A program made the position numbers and the translations under genes. The notes beneath the pieces are model-generated. The model was given only the letters and a program-made list of their open reading frames with translations. It searched no databases and was not told the origin of the DNA. A stretch of DNA of 64,000 nucleotides from the NCBI GenBank assembly GCA_963768165.1, contig CAVYHJ010000002.1:52011-116010 (forward strand). The letters are read 5' to 3'. This document shows positions 20,666 to 30,563 of this stretch, piece after piece. Position 1 is the first letter of the stretch. Every line of letters begins with the position of its first letter. The DNA is from an uncultured bacterium. Its GTDB lineage: Bacteria; UBP4; UBA4092.

Positions 20666-22159
20666 ATGAAACGCGAATTACAAAAGATGATGAATACGGA
20701 TTTGGGTATCCTGATTATCGGCGGTGGAATTACCGGCGCAGGTATCGCAAGGGATGCAGCCAATCGAGGGATTAAGGTGGCTGTTATTGAGAAGAATGAT
20801 TTTGCATGCGGTATGACAAGCCGTTCTGCCATGCTGGGGTATGGAGCGTTTTCTATTTTTGAAGATAAATCCGGTTCTTCCTTGAAAGAATCTCTCCATG
20901 AACGAATGGTATTACAATTTATTTCTAAGGATATTACTCATCCTGTGACTTTTCTGACTCCCTCCTATCAAGGTGACAAATCGAAATTGTCTCATAATAA
21001 TTTTGGGTTCACTATGTATAATATGTTCGCGGGAGCCAAGAAAGTGCAACCACCCCAATCGATCACTACGGATGAAGTATTGAAATTAGAACCGAACATT
21101 AGTAAGGAAGGATTACTTGGGGGATTGAAGTATGAGGATTCTTATACAAGTCCAGAACGGTTGGTCATTTCCAATCTTTGGGATGCTTTTGAGCATGGAA
21201 CGCAAATCGCCAATCATTGTGAAGCGGTATCGTTTTTACAGGAGAATGGGAAAATCATTGGCGTTACAGTGAAGGATTTATTGGATGGGAAGACATACGA
21301 GATTAAGGCGAAGATTGTGGTGAATACGACCAGCTTCGGGAAAGAAAAGAACTCATTCCCGACGCAGAAAATAGGTGAATGGGTGAAAGAGATTACGCTG
21401 GTTGTTCCTAAATTTACGGAGAAGGCAATTTTGTTTTCCAATAAAGACCACCTATTTTATGTCATACCCCAAAATGAATACTCGATAATCGGGACTACAG
21501 TGGGAAAGTTTAAAGGAAATCCTGATGAAGTCCGTGTTATGGATGAAGAAGTTAAATCTCTGTTGGATGAAGTCAATCGAGTTATGCCATCAAAGAATTT
21601 GAAAAAGACAGATGTATTATATGCCTATGCAGGTGTCCAGCCTTTGAATTGGAAATTTAATATTCATAAAAAAGAAGGCTTTGGATTAATTGTTATTGCT
21701 GTCATAAGCGGAAAACTAGGGAGATACCGGTTAACAGCTCAAGAAGTTGTTGATCTTATTCATTATGAATGTGGCGTCCCACAGGAACGGAAATGTCAGA
21801 CGGATATTCAACCTTTGTTATACCAGAAATTTCCCAGTGAACAGGAAGCGTATTTGCGGTTGCAGGATGTGTTTGAGAAATCTCCGGCATTGAATACTTT
21901 GTTAAAGAATGAAAAGATTGTTAAAGCGAATGAATATAAATTTCGCGTGGCACTGGCCTGTGAATTGGAAATGGCAAGAACTCCGGCGGATTTCCTGTTA
22001 CGGCGGTCCAATATAGGGTTCCGTCAAGGATTGGGATTGGATATTCTTCCCATCATTGCAGAGCATATGGCGTCATTCTTTGGCTGGAAACCGGAAGAAA
22101 AACAAGCTCATATTGAGAATTATAAGAATTATGTTGCAACAAATTTAGCTATACGCTGA
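20666..22159 (+). CDS. FAD-dependent glycerol-3-phosphate dehydrogenase/oxidase-like protein, divergent
   Basis: IIGGGITGAG..DAA.RG, EKNDFA.G, DFLLRRS; several GlpD motifs altered. Confidence 0.75.
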   Translation: MKRELQKMMNTDLGILIIGGGITGAGIARDAANRGIKVAVIEKNDFACGMTSRSAMLGYGAFSIFEDKSGSSLKESLHERMVLQFISKDITHPVTFLTPSYQGDKSKLSHNNFGFTMYNMFAGAKKVQPPQSITTDEVLKLEPNISKEGLLGGLKYEDSYTSPERLVISNLWDAFEHGTQIANHCEAVSFLQENGKIIGVTVKDLLDGKTYEIKAKIVVNTTSFGKEKNSFPTQKIGEWVKEITLVVPKFTEKAILFSNKDHLFYVIPQNEYSIIGTTVGKFKGNPDEVRVMDEEVKSLLDEVNRVMPSKNLKKTDVLYAYAGVQPLNWKFNIHKKEGFGLIVIAVISGKLGRYRLTAQEVVDLIHYECGVPQERKCQTDIQPLLYQKFPSEQEAYLRLQDVFEKSPALNTLLKNEKIVKANEYKFRVALACELEMARTPADFLLRRSNIGFRQGLGLDILPIIAEHMASFFGWKPEEKQAHIENYKNYVATNLAIR

Positions 22160-22475
22160 TTACAAAGAATGAGGAGTATTCAAAAAATCCAGTGGTGCCA
22201 TAATTGTCTTCTTAATTTGGATTTGTTCCTGTCTCTAAAAATAATTTTATTGTAGTGGTATCACCTGTTTTGGTAAAGTTTAGAAACATTGATTCAGTAG
22301 TATGTTAGATAAATAATAATGTGTTTGGTAAAGGACGTATATCGGTGGCCGGGGAATAGGGTAACAGAGAAGCATTCTTAGATTTACGACTTCTGAATGA
22401 AGATTGATAAGACTTCAAGGGAAAGCTTGTTCAAATCAAGCCATTATTAGCCCTCCAAGATTTAAAACACAGGGA

Positions 22476-22507
22476 TGCAATGAACGAGAGCGGTCTCGTT
22501 CATTGCA
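22476..22507. repeat. Perfect 14-bp hairpin
   Basis: TGCAATGAACGAGA-gcgg-TCTCGTTCATTGCA. Confidence 0.7.
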
Positions 22508-22569
22508 GATTCGCTGGTGACTCGTGGAAGAACCGTATAAAACTGCTAAAAATGAGTTAAAAAAGAGGT

Positions 22570-22770
22570 TTTTCGAGAAGTTTCTAAAGGAGCATAATGT
22601 TTGTTTTTTTGCCCTTTTTGAATTAGAGTGACACAACTTCCACCTGTTTGATTCAACATACCAGATTCTCGTCCATGATCGCCACCTCGAGGAACTGTTT
22701 AACCCGTTACTGACCGATCATCTTACTTCCCTTTTCAAGTTTTCTTCCCATACTCCCAATCCCGACTTAA
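22570..22770 (-). mobile_element. Internally deleted, decayed relic of the IS5 element at 37953..39155
   Basis: Minus strand encodes RVKQFLEVAIMDENLV (intact transposase: RVKQFLEMAVMAENLV) directly fused to ATGATCGG and the IS 5' leader (TTTTCTTCCCATACTCCCAATCCC vs TTTTCCTTCCCATACTCTCAATCCC). Confidence 0.8.
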
Positions 22771-22981
22771 GACTTTACCAATATTCATTTGTTTACCAAT
22801 TGGATTAAATCACAGATGAAAAGGTTTGGAAAGAGCGGTTGTGTGATGGAGGTAAGAAAAAGTATACAAAAAGGGACAATATACCCAAAAGGTACAGTGA
22901 AAGAGTACAATTTTGCAAAGTTGGGGAGTGGTAATTTGAGCAACTATAATTTTATCAATAAGGTAATGAAATATATCCAGG

Positions 22982-22998
22982 TTGGCACATGCCATGCA
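22982..22998 (+). promoter_or_regulatory. Putative sigma54 promoter
   Basis: TTGGCACATGCCATGCA = GG-N10-GC, about 45 nt before ATG 23043. Confidence 0.6.
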
Positions 22999-23042
22999 AA
23001 TTAGAGGGTTGTAATAATTCTCTTAGAAAGGAGAAAAAAGAT

Positions 23043-23489
23043 ATGAAAAAGATAACAAAAATCGGGCTAACAGGATTACTGATAGCGAGTTTAGGAATCG
23101 GGGTGGTTCAAGCCATTCCAGTTGTGCCGAGAGTGGCACCAGTCGCGAGAGTTCGTGGGACAATAGTACACCGTCCATATTTCGCGCCAAGAGCATATTG
23201 GGGACCACGGTACTATGTACCAGGAGTGTCTCTAGATTTCTATTACGGACCGGGTTATATACCTGCGCCAGTACCGGGAGTAGCAGTTGATCTGGGTTAC
23301 GCACCGGGACCTTATTATTATGGTCCGGCCTACTATCCTTATGGTTATCCAGGGCCAGTACCCCGATTGCGGGCATTACCGCCAGCACGATTTAGAGGCG
23401 GATTTGTTCCGGGACCCCATCGAGCAGCGCCGTTCCGAGCCGTACCAGGTCCACGAGCATTTGCTCCGAGAGCGTTACCTCATCGGTAA
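23043..23489 (+). CDS. Secreted Pro/Gly/Tyr/Arg-rich low-complexity protein
   Basis: GAAAGGAG RBS before MKKITKIG; signal peptide ending VQA; YYGP/PGP repeats. Confidence 0.75.
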   Translation: MKKITKIGLTGLLIASLGIGVVQAIPVVPRVAPVARVRGTIVHRPYFAPRAYWGPRYYVPGVSLDFYYGPGYIPAPVPGVAVDLGYAPGPYYYGPAYYPYGYPGPVPRLRALPPARFRGGFVPGPHRAAPFRAVPGPRAFAPRALPHR

Positions 23490-23508
23490 ATGGATTTGAG
23501 AAAATAGC

Positions 23509-23543
23509 AGACTGGTCCTGAGAAATCGGGACTGGTCTTTTTT
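23509..23543 (+). terminator. Intrinsic terminator between convergent genes
   Basis: AGACTGGTCCTGA-gaaa-TCGGGACTGGTCT followed by a T run. Confidence 0.7.
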
Positions 23544-23952
23544 ATTGAATTTCGTTCAACGGTATTTTCTTAGGAGAAGGGGGAACATGGTAGAGTAATT
23601 TATTGACCTGTTCCATGATTGCATTCATGGTAAAAGGTTTTTGCAAAATCGCGGAAATACCCATACTTTTTAACCGTTCGTCTACTTCCTCAACCGTTTT
23701 GACCGTAATCACAATTACTGGAACATTTTGTAATTGTGGAACGGAACGGATAGCCTCACAAAATTGATACCCGTCCATGTGGGGCATTAAGATATCCAGA
23801 ATAATCAAATCCGGTTCGATTACCTGCGCTCGTTGAAATCCTACGAATCCGTCCGACGCGGTGACGACTTCAAATTCCCAATGAAACAAAACTTGCAGGA
23901 TTCGCACAAGGCTGGGATCATCTTCCACAATTAAAATCCTGTGTCTGAGCAT
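23542..23952 (-). CDS. Single-domain response regulator (CheY-like)
   Basis: ILIVEDD, IILDILMP, ITV, KPF. Confidence 0.92.
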   Translation of the reverse strand: MLRHRILIVEDDPSLVRILQVLFHWEFEVVTASDGFVGFQRAQVIEPDLIILDILMPHMDGYQFCEAIRSVPQLQNVPVIVITVKTVEEVDERLKSMGISAILQKPFTMNAIMEQVNKLLYHVPPSPKKIPLNEIQ

Positions 23953-23997
23953 AAATATCGTTCTACACTTTAGAGAATAACCGAATGGAATCGGGCT

Positions 23998-24432
23998 TTA
24001 TTCCAGACTTAATATATCTTTGTAAGACAAGGTTTTTTCTTTAAAAGGAACGGGGGCCAGGAGCCGATTAATTTCATTGACGACTTCATCAAGATTAAAC
24101 GGTTTTCGAACATAAAGATCCGCACCTTGTTGAAAGGCAGTCGTTTGGTCTTCCATAGAGCCGTAACCAGTGATAAAAATAACAATAGTATTATTGGTTT
24201 TACGGGAATGCTTGATGGCGTCACACAACTGATGACCGTTTAACAGGGGCATCTTCACATCCAACAGAACCATATCCGGTTCACATCCTTGAACTTTTTG
24301 CAACCCGGAATATCCGTCATGTGCCATCACCACTTCATAGTTTCTCGATAACGCTGTTTTCAATACCAAACAGATATCTCTATCATCATCAATAACCAAT
24401 ATCCGATGCTGTTTCACGGGAATTTTTCTCAC
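23998..24432 (-). CDS. Single-domain response regulator (CheY-like)
   Basis: ILVIDDD, VLLDVKMP, ITG, KPF. Confidence 0.92.
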   Translation of the reverse strand: MRKIPVKQHRILVIDDDRDICLVLKTALSRNYEVVMAHDGYSGLQKVQGCEPDMVLLDVKMPLLNGHQLCDAIKHSRKTNNTIVIFITGYGSMEDQTTAFQQGADLYVRKPFNLDEVVNEINRLLAPVPFKEKTLSYKDILSLE

Positions 24433-24560
24433 TCCACATTGAGTTTATTACCTAACTTTCAAAATTGTAGTATAGCACGAGATAAATAATCTGACTATTT
24501 TTCAACCTCCCATCTCCCCCTTTCCAAATTTTGTTTTGAAATTGAGACTTTGCTATAATC

Positions 24561-25148
24561 GTGTGGGTTTCTATCCCGGTCAAGAGCATCGGGAGTCTCA
24601 TGATGCAAAAATTAACTAAAGTTAAAAGAGTATCCACCGAAAATAAGGTGCAACAATTGGTACAAGAAGCGGTTTTTTTTGAAAAGTTTAGCGAGCTCGT
24701 CCGCGCGGATGTTCCATTATTGCACGCGCTGGAGGTCGCAGCGACTTCTCTGCGGGACAGAACTCTACAATCGCTGTTTTTACAAATGATTCCGAAACTG
24801 GAGCAGGGACAAAGTCTCACAGACGTTTTCAAACAATATCCGGAATGTTTTTCTTCATTTCAATTGGCGATCATCGAGTCGGGTGAAAAAGACGGTCATC
24901 TGGAAGAAGGCTTTACACGGGCGGCGGAGTCTATGAGACATGAAGCCGAATCTCTGGAAATGAGCGGAACCTCTTCAGAACTTCCAACGGGGCGTACCTT
25001 ACTCCGAACTCCGGCAGACCACCTTTCCAAAATCAGCCGGGAACTTTCCATTATCAGTTCGCATTTAGCCAATGTCAGCCAACAGTTATCCCACTTATAC
25101 AAAGGTTCCCATTCATCCAATCACAAGAAAGCGAAACCGAAACGATGA
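24561..25148 (+). CDS. Protein with a single GspF/PilC (T2SSF) domain; real start probably ~24600
   Basis: FFEKFSELVRADVPLLHAL...LEQGQSL...IESGEKDGHL. Confidence 0.75.
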   Translation: MWVSIPVKSIGSLMMQKLTKVKRVSTENKVQQLVQEAVFFEKFSELVRADVPLLHALEVAATSLRDRTLQSLFLQMIPKLEQGQSLTDVFKQYPECFSSFQLAIIESGEKDGHLEEGFTRAAESMRHEAESLEMSGTSSELPTGRTLLRTPADHLSKISRELSIISSHLANVSQQLSHLYKGSHSSNHKKAKPKR

Positions 25149-25182
25149 TTTCCTTTTATTGTAATCAAATGAGAGGATTGGC

Positions 25183-26094
25183 ATGCTGAAATCCATTCTA
25201 ATCAGCATGCGTCCCAAACAATGGACGAAAAATTTAATCCTTTTCGCGGGAATTGTCTTTGCGCAGAAACTAAGCGATACCCCCTTGTTGATTCGGAGTA
25301 CCCTGGCATTCGTCATATTTTGTCTCATTTCCGGCGCGATTTATTTAATCAATGATATCGCAGACGTTCAAGAAGACCTGCAACATCCCCGCAAAAAATA
25401 CCGGCCAATCGCCTCCGGTCAACTGTCCATTTCTACCGCTTTCATTGCTGCCGTGGTTCTTGTAGTTATTTCCCTCACCGTTTCATTTTATTTAAACAAC
25501 CCCTTTGGCATTTGTGTCCTCGCCTATTTTCTCATGATGCTGTTCTATTCTTTTTTATTTAAACACCATGTGATTCTGGACATACTCATCATCGCCTTGG
25601 GATTTGTGTTACGGGCGTATGCCGGCGCGGTGGTCAATGCCCAAGTGTTTGCGTCCCAATGGCTATTGATTTGTACTTTGTTTTTAGCACTCTTTTTAGC
25701 AATCAGCAAACGGAGGCATGAATTGCTTCTTTTGGAAGATAACGCTAACTCTCATCGCAAAGTATTATTAGAATATTCACCGGAATTCCTCGACCAGATG
25801 ATGGCGATCGTGACTTCAACCACGGTAGTGGCATATGCCCTGTACAGTATTTCGGGAGAAACCATCAGGAAATTTCATACCCATTCTTTGATTCTCACCT
25901 TTCCTTTTGTGGTGTATGGAATTCTACGTTATCTCTATTTAGTTTATAAGCGAGGAGAAGGTGGGGAACCGGAAAATATTCTTCTAAAAGACAAACCGAC
26001 TATTATAAATATTGTGATTTGGTTACTATTAATAATTTTGATTCTTTATTCGAAAATTAATTTCGATGATATATTCCATTTTGGAGGAGACTAA
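25183..26094 (+). CDS. UbiA-family prenyltransferase (decaprenyl-phosphate phosphoribosyltransferase-like)
   Basis: RPKQWTKN, NDIADVQED..HPRKKYRPIASG, KRRHEL. Confidence 0.9.
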   Translation: MLKSILISMRPKQWTKNLILFAGIVFAQKLSDTPLLIRSTLAFVIFCLISGAIYLINDIADVQEDLQHPRKKYRPIASGQLSISTAFIAAVVLVVISLTVSFYLNNPFGICVLAYFLMMLFYSFLFKHHVILDILIIALGFVLRAYAGAVVNAQVFASQWLLICTLFLALFLAISKRRHELLLLEDNANSHRKVLLEYSPEFLDQMMAIVTSTTVVAYALYSISGETIRKFHTHSLILTFPFVVYGILRYLYLVYKRGEGGEPENILLKDKPTIINIVIWLLLIILILYSKINFDDIFHFGGD

Positions 26095-27197
26095 TTTTCG
26101 TCCACCAGAATAACCAGATTATCCCGATGCACCGCTTCATCATACCCACGATGGCCGAGTGCCACCTGGATTTGCGTAGACTTTAATCCTTTGATTTTGT
26201 TCAATTCATCTGTATCGTAATTCACCAATCCCCGTGCAATTTCTTCTTTTTGTAAATCAAGAATTTGAATGACATCCCCCGGCTTAAAACTCCCTTCAAT
26301 CTTCACAATTCCGGAAGGCAATAAACTTTTCCCTTTTTCGAGAAGCGCGCGTTTTGCCCCGTCGTCAATGGTAATCCGATTTTCGGAAACACCACTCCCA
26401 TAGGCGATCCAGCGGTCTCTGGAAGATAGTTTTTTCTTTTTGTCAGGCATAAATTTGGTACCAACCGAATCCCCCTGTGCAATACGATACAGAATATTTT
26501 CAGCCATACCATTGGCAATCACCAGGGTCACTCCGGATGTAATTGCTATTTTCGCCGCCTGCAATTTTGTAACCATTCCACCGGTACCCAGTTCATTTCC
26601 CGTTCCGCCTGCCAATGCTTTTAATTCTTCTGTGATATGTTCCACGATAGGAATAATTTTTCCGTCCCTGGCGTAAAACCCATCCACATCCGTCAGTAGA
26701 ATCAACAAATCTGCCTCGACTTTACCGGCAACCCGCACGGATAAGGTATCATTATCCCCAATCTTCAATTCATCCACCGCCACCGTATCATTTTCATTGA
26801 TAATGGGTACGACATCCAATTCAAGCAAACGCAACAATGTGTTTCGCGCGTTCAAATACCGCCTGCGGTCTTTTAAATCCGCTTCCGTTAAGAGAATTTG
26901 AGCAACACGCATTTTGTAATTTCTAAAAATCTCGTCGTACAGATGCATCAATCGAGATTGTCCAATAGCCGCCAATGCCTGCCGGTCCGGTACGGTTTTG
27001 GGTCTCTCTTCCCAGCCCAATTCATCCATTCCCGCACTAATGGCACCGGAACTTACAATCAATACTTCGACCTGGTCATGACGCAATTGAGAAATTTGAC
27101 GGGCGAGCCGGTTCACCAGTGTAGAATTCAATCCACCTTTTTCCGCGCTTAACAACCGAGAGCCAATTTTAATAACAATACGTTTATATTCAGCCAT
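26091..27197 (-). CDS. proB: Glutamate 5-kinase
   Basis: VIKIGS, SSGAI, NENDTV, GDNDTLS, GTGGMVTK, C-terminal PUA domain. Confidence 0.97.
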   Translation of the reverse strand: MAEYKRIVIKIGSRLLSAEKGGLNSTLVNRLARQISQLRHDQVEVLIVSSGAISAGMDELGWEERPKTVPDRQALAAIGQSRLMHLYDEIFRNYKMRVAQILLTEADLKDRRRYLNARNTLLRLLELDVVPIINENDTVAVDELKIGDNDTLSVRVAGKVEADLLILLTDVDGFYARDGKIIPIVEHITEELKALAGGTGNELGTGGMVTKLQAAKIAITSGVTLVIANGMAENILYRIAQGDSVGTKFMPDKKKKLSSRDRWIAYGSGVSENRITIDDGAKRALLEKGKSLLPSGIVKIEGSFKPGDVIQILDLQKEEIARGLVNYDTDELNKIKGLKSTQIQVALGHRGYDEAVHRDNLVILVDEN

Positions 27198-27199
27198 GG

Positions 27200-28243
27200 T
27201 TAACTCACTTCTGAAGTAACTTCCAGAGGTTCAAGTACCTGATTCGACATTTCATCGAGTTTGTCATTTACCGCATACAATAACTCTTTCAAACCTTCTC
27301 CGGTCAATGCCGAAATCAAATGCACCTCAAATCCACGTTCTTCCAATTCCTTTTTTACTTTGTTCGCTTTCCGTTTGGTTGGCAACATATCTACTTTATT
27401 CAAAGCCACAATCTGCGGGCGTTGCATCAATTGCGGGTCATACAATTCCAATTCTTTATTAATCGTTTCAAAATTATGAATCGGGTCGCTCTCATCCAGT
27501 GGAGAAATATCTACAATATGAATTAATACTTTTGTCCTTTCGATATGCCGAAGGAATTCGTGACCCAGACCGACTCCTTGATGCGCGTTTTCAATCAGAC
27601 CCGGCAAATCCGCCACCACAAAACTTTTCCCTTCCCCTACTCGCACCTGACCCAGTATCGGGTTTAATGTCGTAAAAGGATAATCCGCAATCTTCGGTTT
27701 TGCATGGCTGATTCTCGATAACAAAGTTGATTTCCCCGCATTCGGAAAACCCACCAAACCAACATCCGCCAATAATTTCAATTCCAACACCAGCGTCTTT
27801 TCTTCACCCACAATTCCATCTTCCGCTTCTCTGGGAGATTGATGAGTCGAGGACACAAAATGAGAATTCCCTCTCCCGCCTTTTCCGCCTTTGGCAATAC
27901 AAATCATCTTACCGGATTCCACCAAATCAGTTATGAATTCTCCGGTTTCAAATTCTTTGACCACCGTTCCCAGTGGAACTTTCAAAATGATATCCTCCGC
28001 GCTTCTCCCGACTTTTCTACTCCCCGAACCGTTCAATCCATTCTTCGCGCGAATGTGCGGACGCAAATGAAAATCCAGCAGTGTCTTGAGTTTTGGGTCG
28101 GCTTGAAGATAGACATCTCCGCCTTTTCCACCGCCTCCACCGTCCGGTCCACCTTTGGGAACACATTTCTCACGCCGAAAGGAGACGCACCCTTTTCCGC
28201 CGGTTCCGGCTCGAACATAAACTTTGGTTTCATCTATAAACAT
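27200..28243 (-). CDS. obgE: GTPase ObgE/CgtA
   Basis: MFIDE, Gly-rich N-domain, GFPNAGKST, DLPG, NKVD. Confidence 0.97.
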   Translation of the reverse strand: MFIDETKVYVRAGTGGKGCVSFRREKCVPKGGPDGGGGGKGGDVYLQADPKLKTLLDFHLRPHIRAKNGLNGSGSRKVGRSAEDIILKVPLGTVVKEFETGEFITDLVESGKMICIAKGGKGGRGNSHFVSSTHQSPREAEDGIVGEEKTLVLELKLLADVGLVGFPNAGKSTLLSRISHAKPKIADYPFTTLNPILGQVRVGEGKSFVVADLPGLIENAHQGVGLGHEFLRHIERTKVLIHIVDISPLDESDPIHNFETINKELELYDPQLMQRPQIVALNKVDMLPTKRKANKVKKELEERGFEVHLISALTGEGLKELLYAVNDKLDEMSNQVLEPLEVTSEVS

Positions 28244-28331
28244 GATACTAGCGTCCTTTAACGCAACAACCTTACGATTCTATAGGATAACGGAATAGGG
28301 GGTAAAGTAGCAAGTGAGTGACATGAGAAAT

Positions 28332-28371
28332 AAAAAAGGAATAAGACTCATGTCTCCGCCTTATTCCTTTA
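28332..28371 (-). terminator. Terminator downstream of rpmA
   Basis: AAAGGAATAAG...CTTATTCCTTT inverted repeat with U tract on minus strand. Confidence 0.65.
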
Positions 28372-28387
28372 AACTTTTATCTAAATC

Positions 28388-28645
28388 TTAAGCTTGGACA
28401 GGTTCGATTTTAATAATTCTGCGTCCCCGGCTGGTTCCAAAAACAACCTTACCGGTGACTTTGGCATACAAGGAATCGTCCGAAGATATCCCGACATTGA
28501 GTCCGGGATGAAATTGAGTCCCCCGTTGACGGATTAGAACTGAACCACCCGGTACAATCTCTCCACCAAACGCTTTTACACCCAATCGTTGTGAGTTTGA
28601 ATCTCTACCATTTCTTGATGCACCAACACCTTTTTTATGTGCCAT
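28388..28645 (-). CDS. rpmA: 50S ribosomal protein L27
   Basis: MAHKKG..SRNGRDS..RLGVK. Confidence 0.98.
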   Translation of the reverse strand: MAHKKGVGASRNGRDSNSQRLGVKAFGGEIVPGGSVLIRQRGTQFHPGLNVGISSDDSLYAKVTGKVVFGTSRGRRIIKIEPVQA

Positions 28646-28653
28646 AATTACCT

Positions 28654-28968
28654 CTAGTTTGCTTTGATTTCTTTAATTTCCAATTCTGTATAATATTGCC
28701 GATGTCCCCAGGTCTTGCGATATTTCTTGCGTCGTTTGTATTTGAATCCAAGAATTTTCTTGGACCTATCTTGATCAATCACTTCACCGACGACTTTGGC
28801 ATTGGAGAGATACGGTTTCCCGACTTCAATTCCATTATCCCCTGAAACAAGCACAACCTGATTCAATTCAACCGTATTACCGATTTCTTGTTCCAGTTTC
28901 TCTACGCGAATTTTATCTCCAACGGACACGCGATATTGTTTCCCACCGGTCACAACCACTGCATACAT
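28654..28968 (-). CDS. rplU: 50S ribosomal protein L21
   Basis: [18 protein letters not shown]. Confidence 0.98.
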   Translation of the reverse strand: MYAVVVTGGKQYRVSVGDKIRVEKLEQEIGNTVELNQVVLVSGDNGIEVGKPYLSNAKVVGEVIDQDRSKKILGFKYKRRKKYRKTWGHRQYYTELEIKEIKAN

Positions 28969-29272
28969 AAATAAATTCCCCTTACTTCAATTAGATTAGA
29001 GCTATATATTTAATCACATTTGCCCCTTTCTGTCAAACACTTTGGATCCTTGGTTCCTAAGCGAACCGGGTACGGGCATGAAGCGGAGGAGAAGCGGAGC
29101 TGGGATGAAGAAGATCGATCTCCTTCATCCCGGCTTCCCTTGTTTTTGGCTTATTCCAAAGGGGTGTTTCTATAAGGAAGGAAGGTTTCTACCGGACATT
29201 AGTCCAAGGTTCTCTTGGTTTTAGCCCATTAACTATTCATAATTCAACATTCAAAATTTATAATTATTCTTT

Positions 29273-29300
29273 ATTATACTTCTTTTCTTCCCTTTGTCAA
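29273..29300 (-). promoter_or_regulatory. Consensus sigma70 promoter facing a structured region and rplU
   Basis: Minus strand TTGACA-16 nt-TATAAT; a second TTGACA..TAAAAT lies at ~29007..29036. Confidence 0.65.
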
Positions 29301-29337
29301 TTCTTATTTGCTATGATGTTTATTAAAGGAGAATCCG

Positions 29338-29904
29338 ATGGAGAAAAAGCGTTGTTTTTGGGCTGGCGATAATCCCTTAATGATTGAGTATCATGACAAG
29401 GAATGGGGATGCCCGTCGTATGATGACCGGCATTTATTTGAAATGTTGACATTGGAAGGAGCACAGGCGGGCTTAAGTTGGACGACTATATTAAATAAGC
29501 GCGAAAATTATCGCAAAGCCTTTCATAATTTTGACATGAAGAAAATTGCCAAGTATTCTGCCAAAAATGTAAAACGCTTAATGAATAATCCCGGTATCAT
29601 CCGCAACCGTTTAAAGATTGATTCCACCATTTCCAATGCCAAAATCGCTCTGGAAATTCGAAAAGAATACGGCTCTCTCTCCAAATATCTCTGGGACATC
29701 ATCGGTGGAAAACCTCTCCCTCCGATCAAAAATCTTTCTCGAAATAATCTCCCTGCGAAAACCAAAGAGTCCGACCTTATGTCCAAAACTCTTAAAAAAC
29801 GTGGCTTCCGTTTTGTCGGTTCCACCATCTGCTACGCCTTCATGCAAGCCGTCGGCATGGTTAATGATCATACGGTGGAATGTGAATGGAAGAGCAAAAT
29901 TTAA
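29338..29904 (+). CDS. tag: DNA-3-methyladenine glycosylase I
   Basis: YHDKEWG, LEGAQAGLSW, IIRNRLKI, GMVNDH. Confidence 0.96.
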   Translation: MEKKRCFWAGDNPLMIEYHDKEWGCPSYDDRHLFEMLTLEGAQAGLSWTTILNKRENYRKAFHNFDMKKIAKYSAKNVKRLMNNPGIIRNRLKIDSTISNAKIALEIRKEYGSLSKYLWDIIGGKPLPPIKNLSRNNLPAKTKESDLMSKTLKKRGFRFVGSTICYAFMQAVGMVNDHTVECEWKSKI

Positions 29905-30236
29905 GTCTCTATTATTTTCTTAATGGAATTCACTAGGGATGGCAAATCTTGGGTAATGATTTCCCATAAAATATCTAAATCTATATCAAAATACCCGTGT
30001 GCTAGTCTATTCCGAAAAGCATTGATTTGATTCCAGGCAATTTCCAGATGATTTTGTTTTGTTTCTTCTGAAATATTTCTAGACGCTTCTCCGATAATTT
30101 CCAATAACCTCTCGACAGCCAAAGTAAGGGTTTCATCAGTATCCAGAGTTCTGCGACTTTTCTCGGTGGTTAATTTAATCACCTTTTCTGCAGCATCCAA
30201 CATATGCTGCAGGCGAATTCTATCCTTATTCTGCAT
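29901..30236 (-). CDS. HEPN (HepT/DUF86) RNase toxin
   Basis: RLLEIIGEA and RNRLAHGY (RX4HxY). Confidence 0.92.
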   Translation of the reverse strand: MQNKDRIRLQHMLDAAEKVIKLTTEKSRRTLDTDETLTLAVERLLEIIGEASRNISEETKQNHLEIAWNQINAFRNRLAHGYFDIDLDILWEIITQDLPSLVNSIKKIIET

Positions 30237-30525
30237 ATTGAACTTCTGCTTCTGCTTTGGCTTTATCTCTAAAGTACCGGCTCAAAAAGTTGGGAGTCTG
30301 GAGATCAACTTTTCGCTCTAACAATTCGCTTAATTCCTGTTCCATCGCAAAAAAGGATAGTCCGGGGATATGCTCAGGGTCAAATTCGACAAGAATATCA
30401 ATATCGCTTTCCGGTCCAAAATCATCCCGCAATATCGAACCGAAGAACGAAAGTTTGATAATATGATTCCGTTTGCAAAATTCTGCAATTTTCTCTTTTG
30501 CTACCTTAACACCCGTATTATTCAT
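30226..30525 (-). CDS. Minimal nucleotidyltransferase antitoxin (MNT)
   Basis: FGSILR.DF...SDIDILV, VDL; overlaps the HEPN gene. Confidence 0.92.
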   Translation of the reverse strand: MNNTGVKVAKEKIAEFCKRNHIIKLSFFGSILRDDFGPESDIDILVEFDPEHIPGLSFFAMEQELSELLERKVDLQTPNFLSRYFRDKAKAEAEVQYAE

Positions 30526-30563
30526 AATAGAATTATACGCTAACTAGGGGGAGAGTTGGTAAC

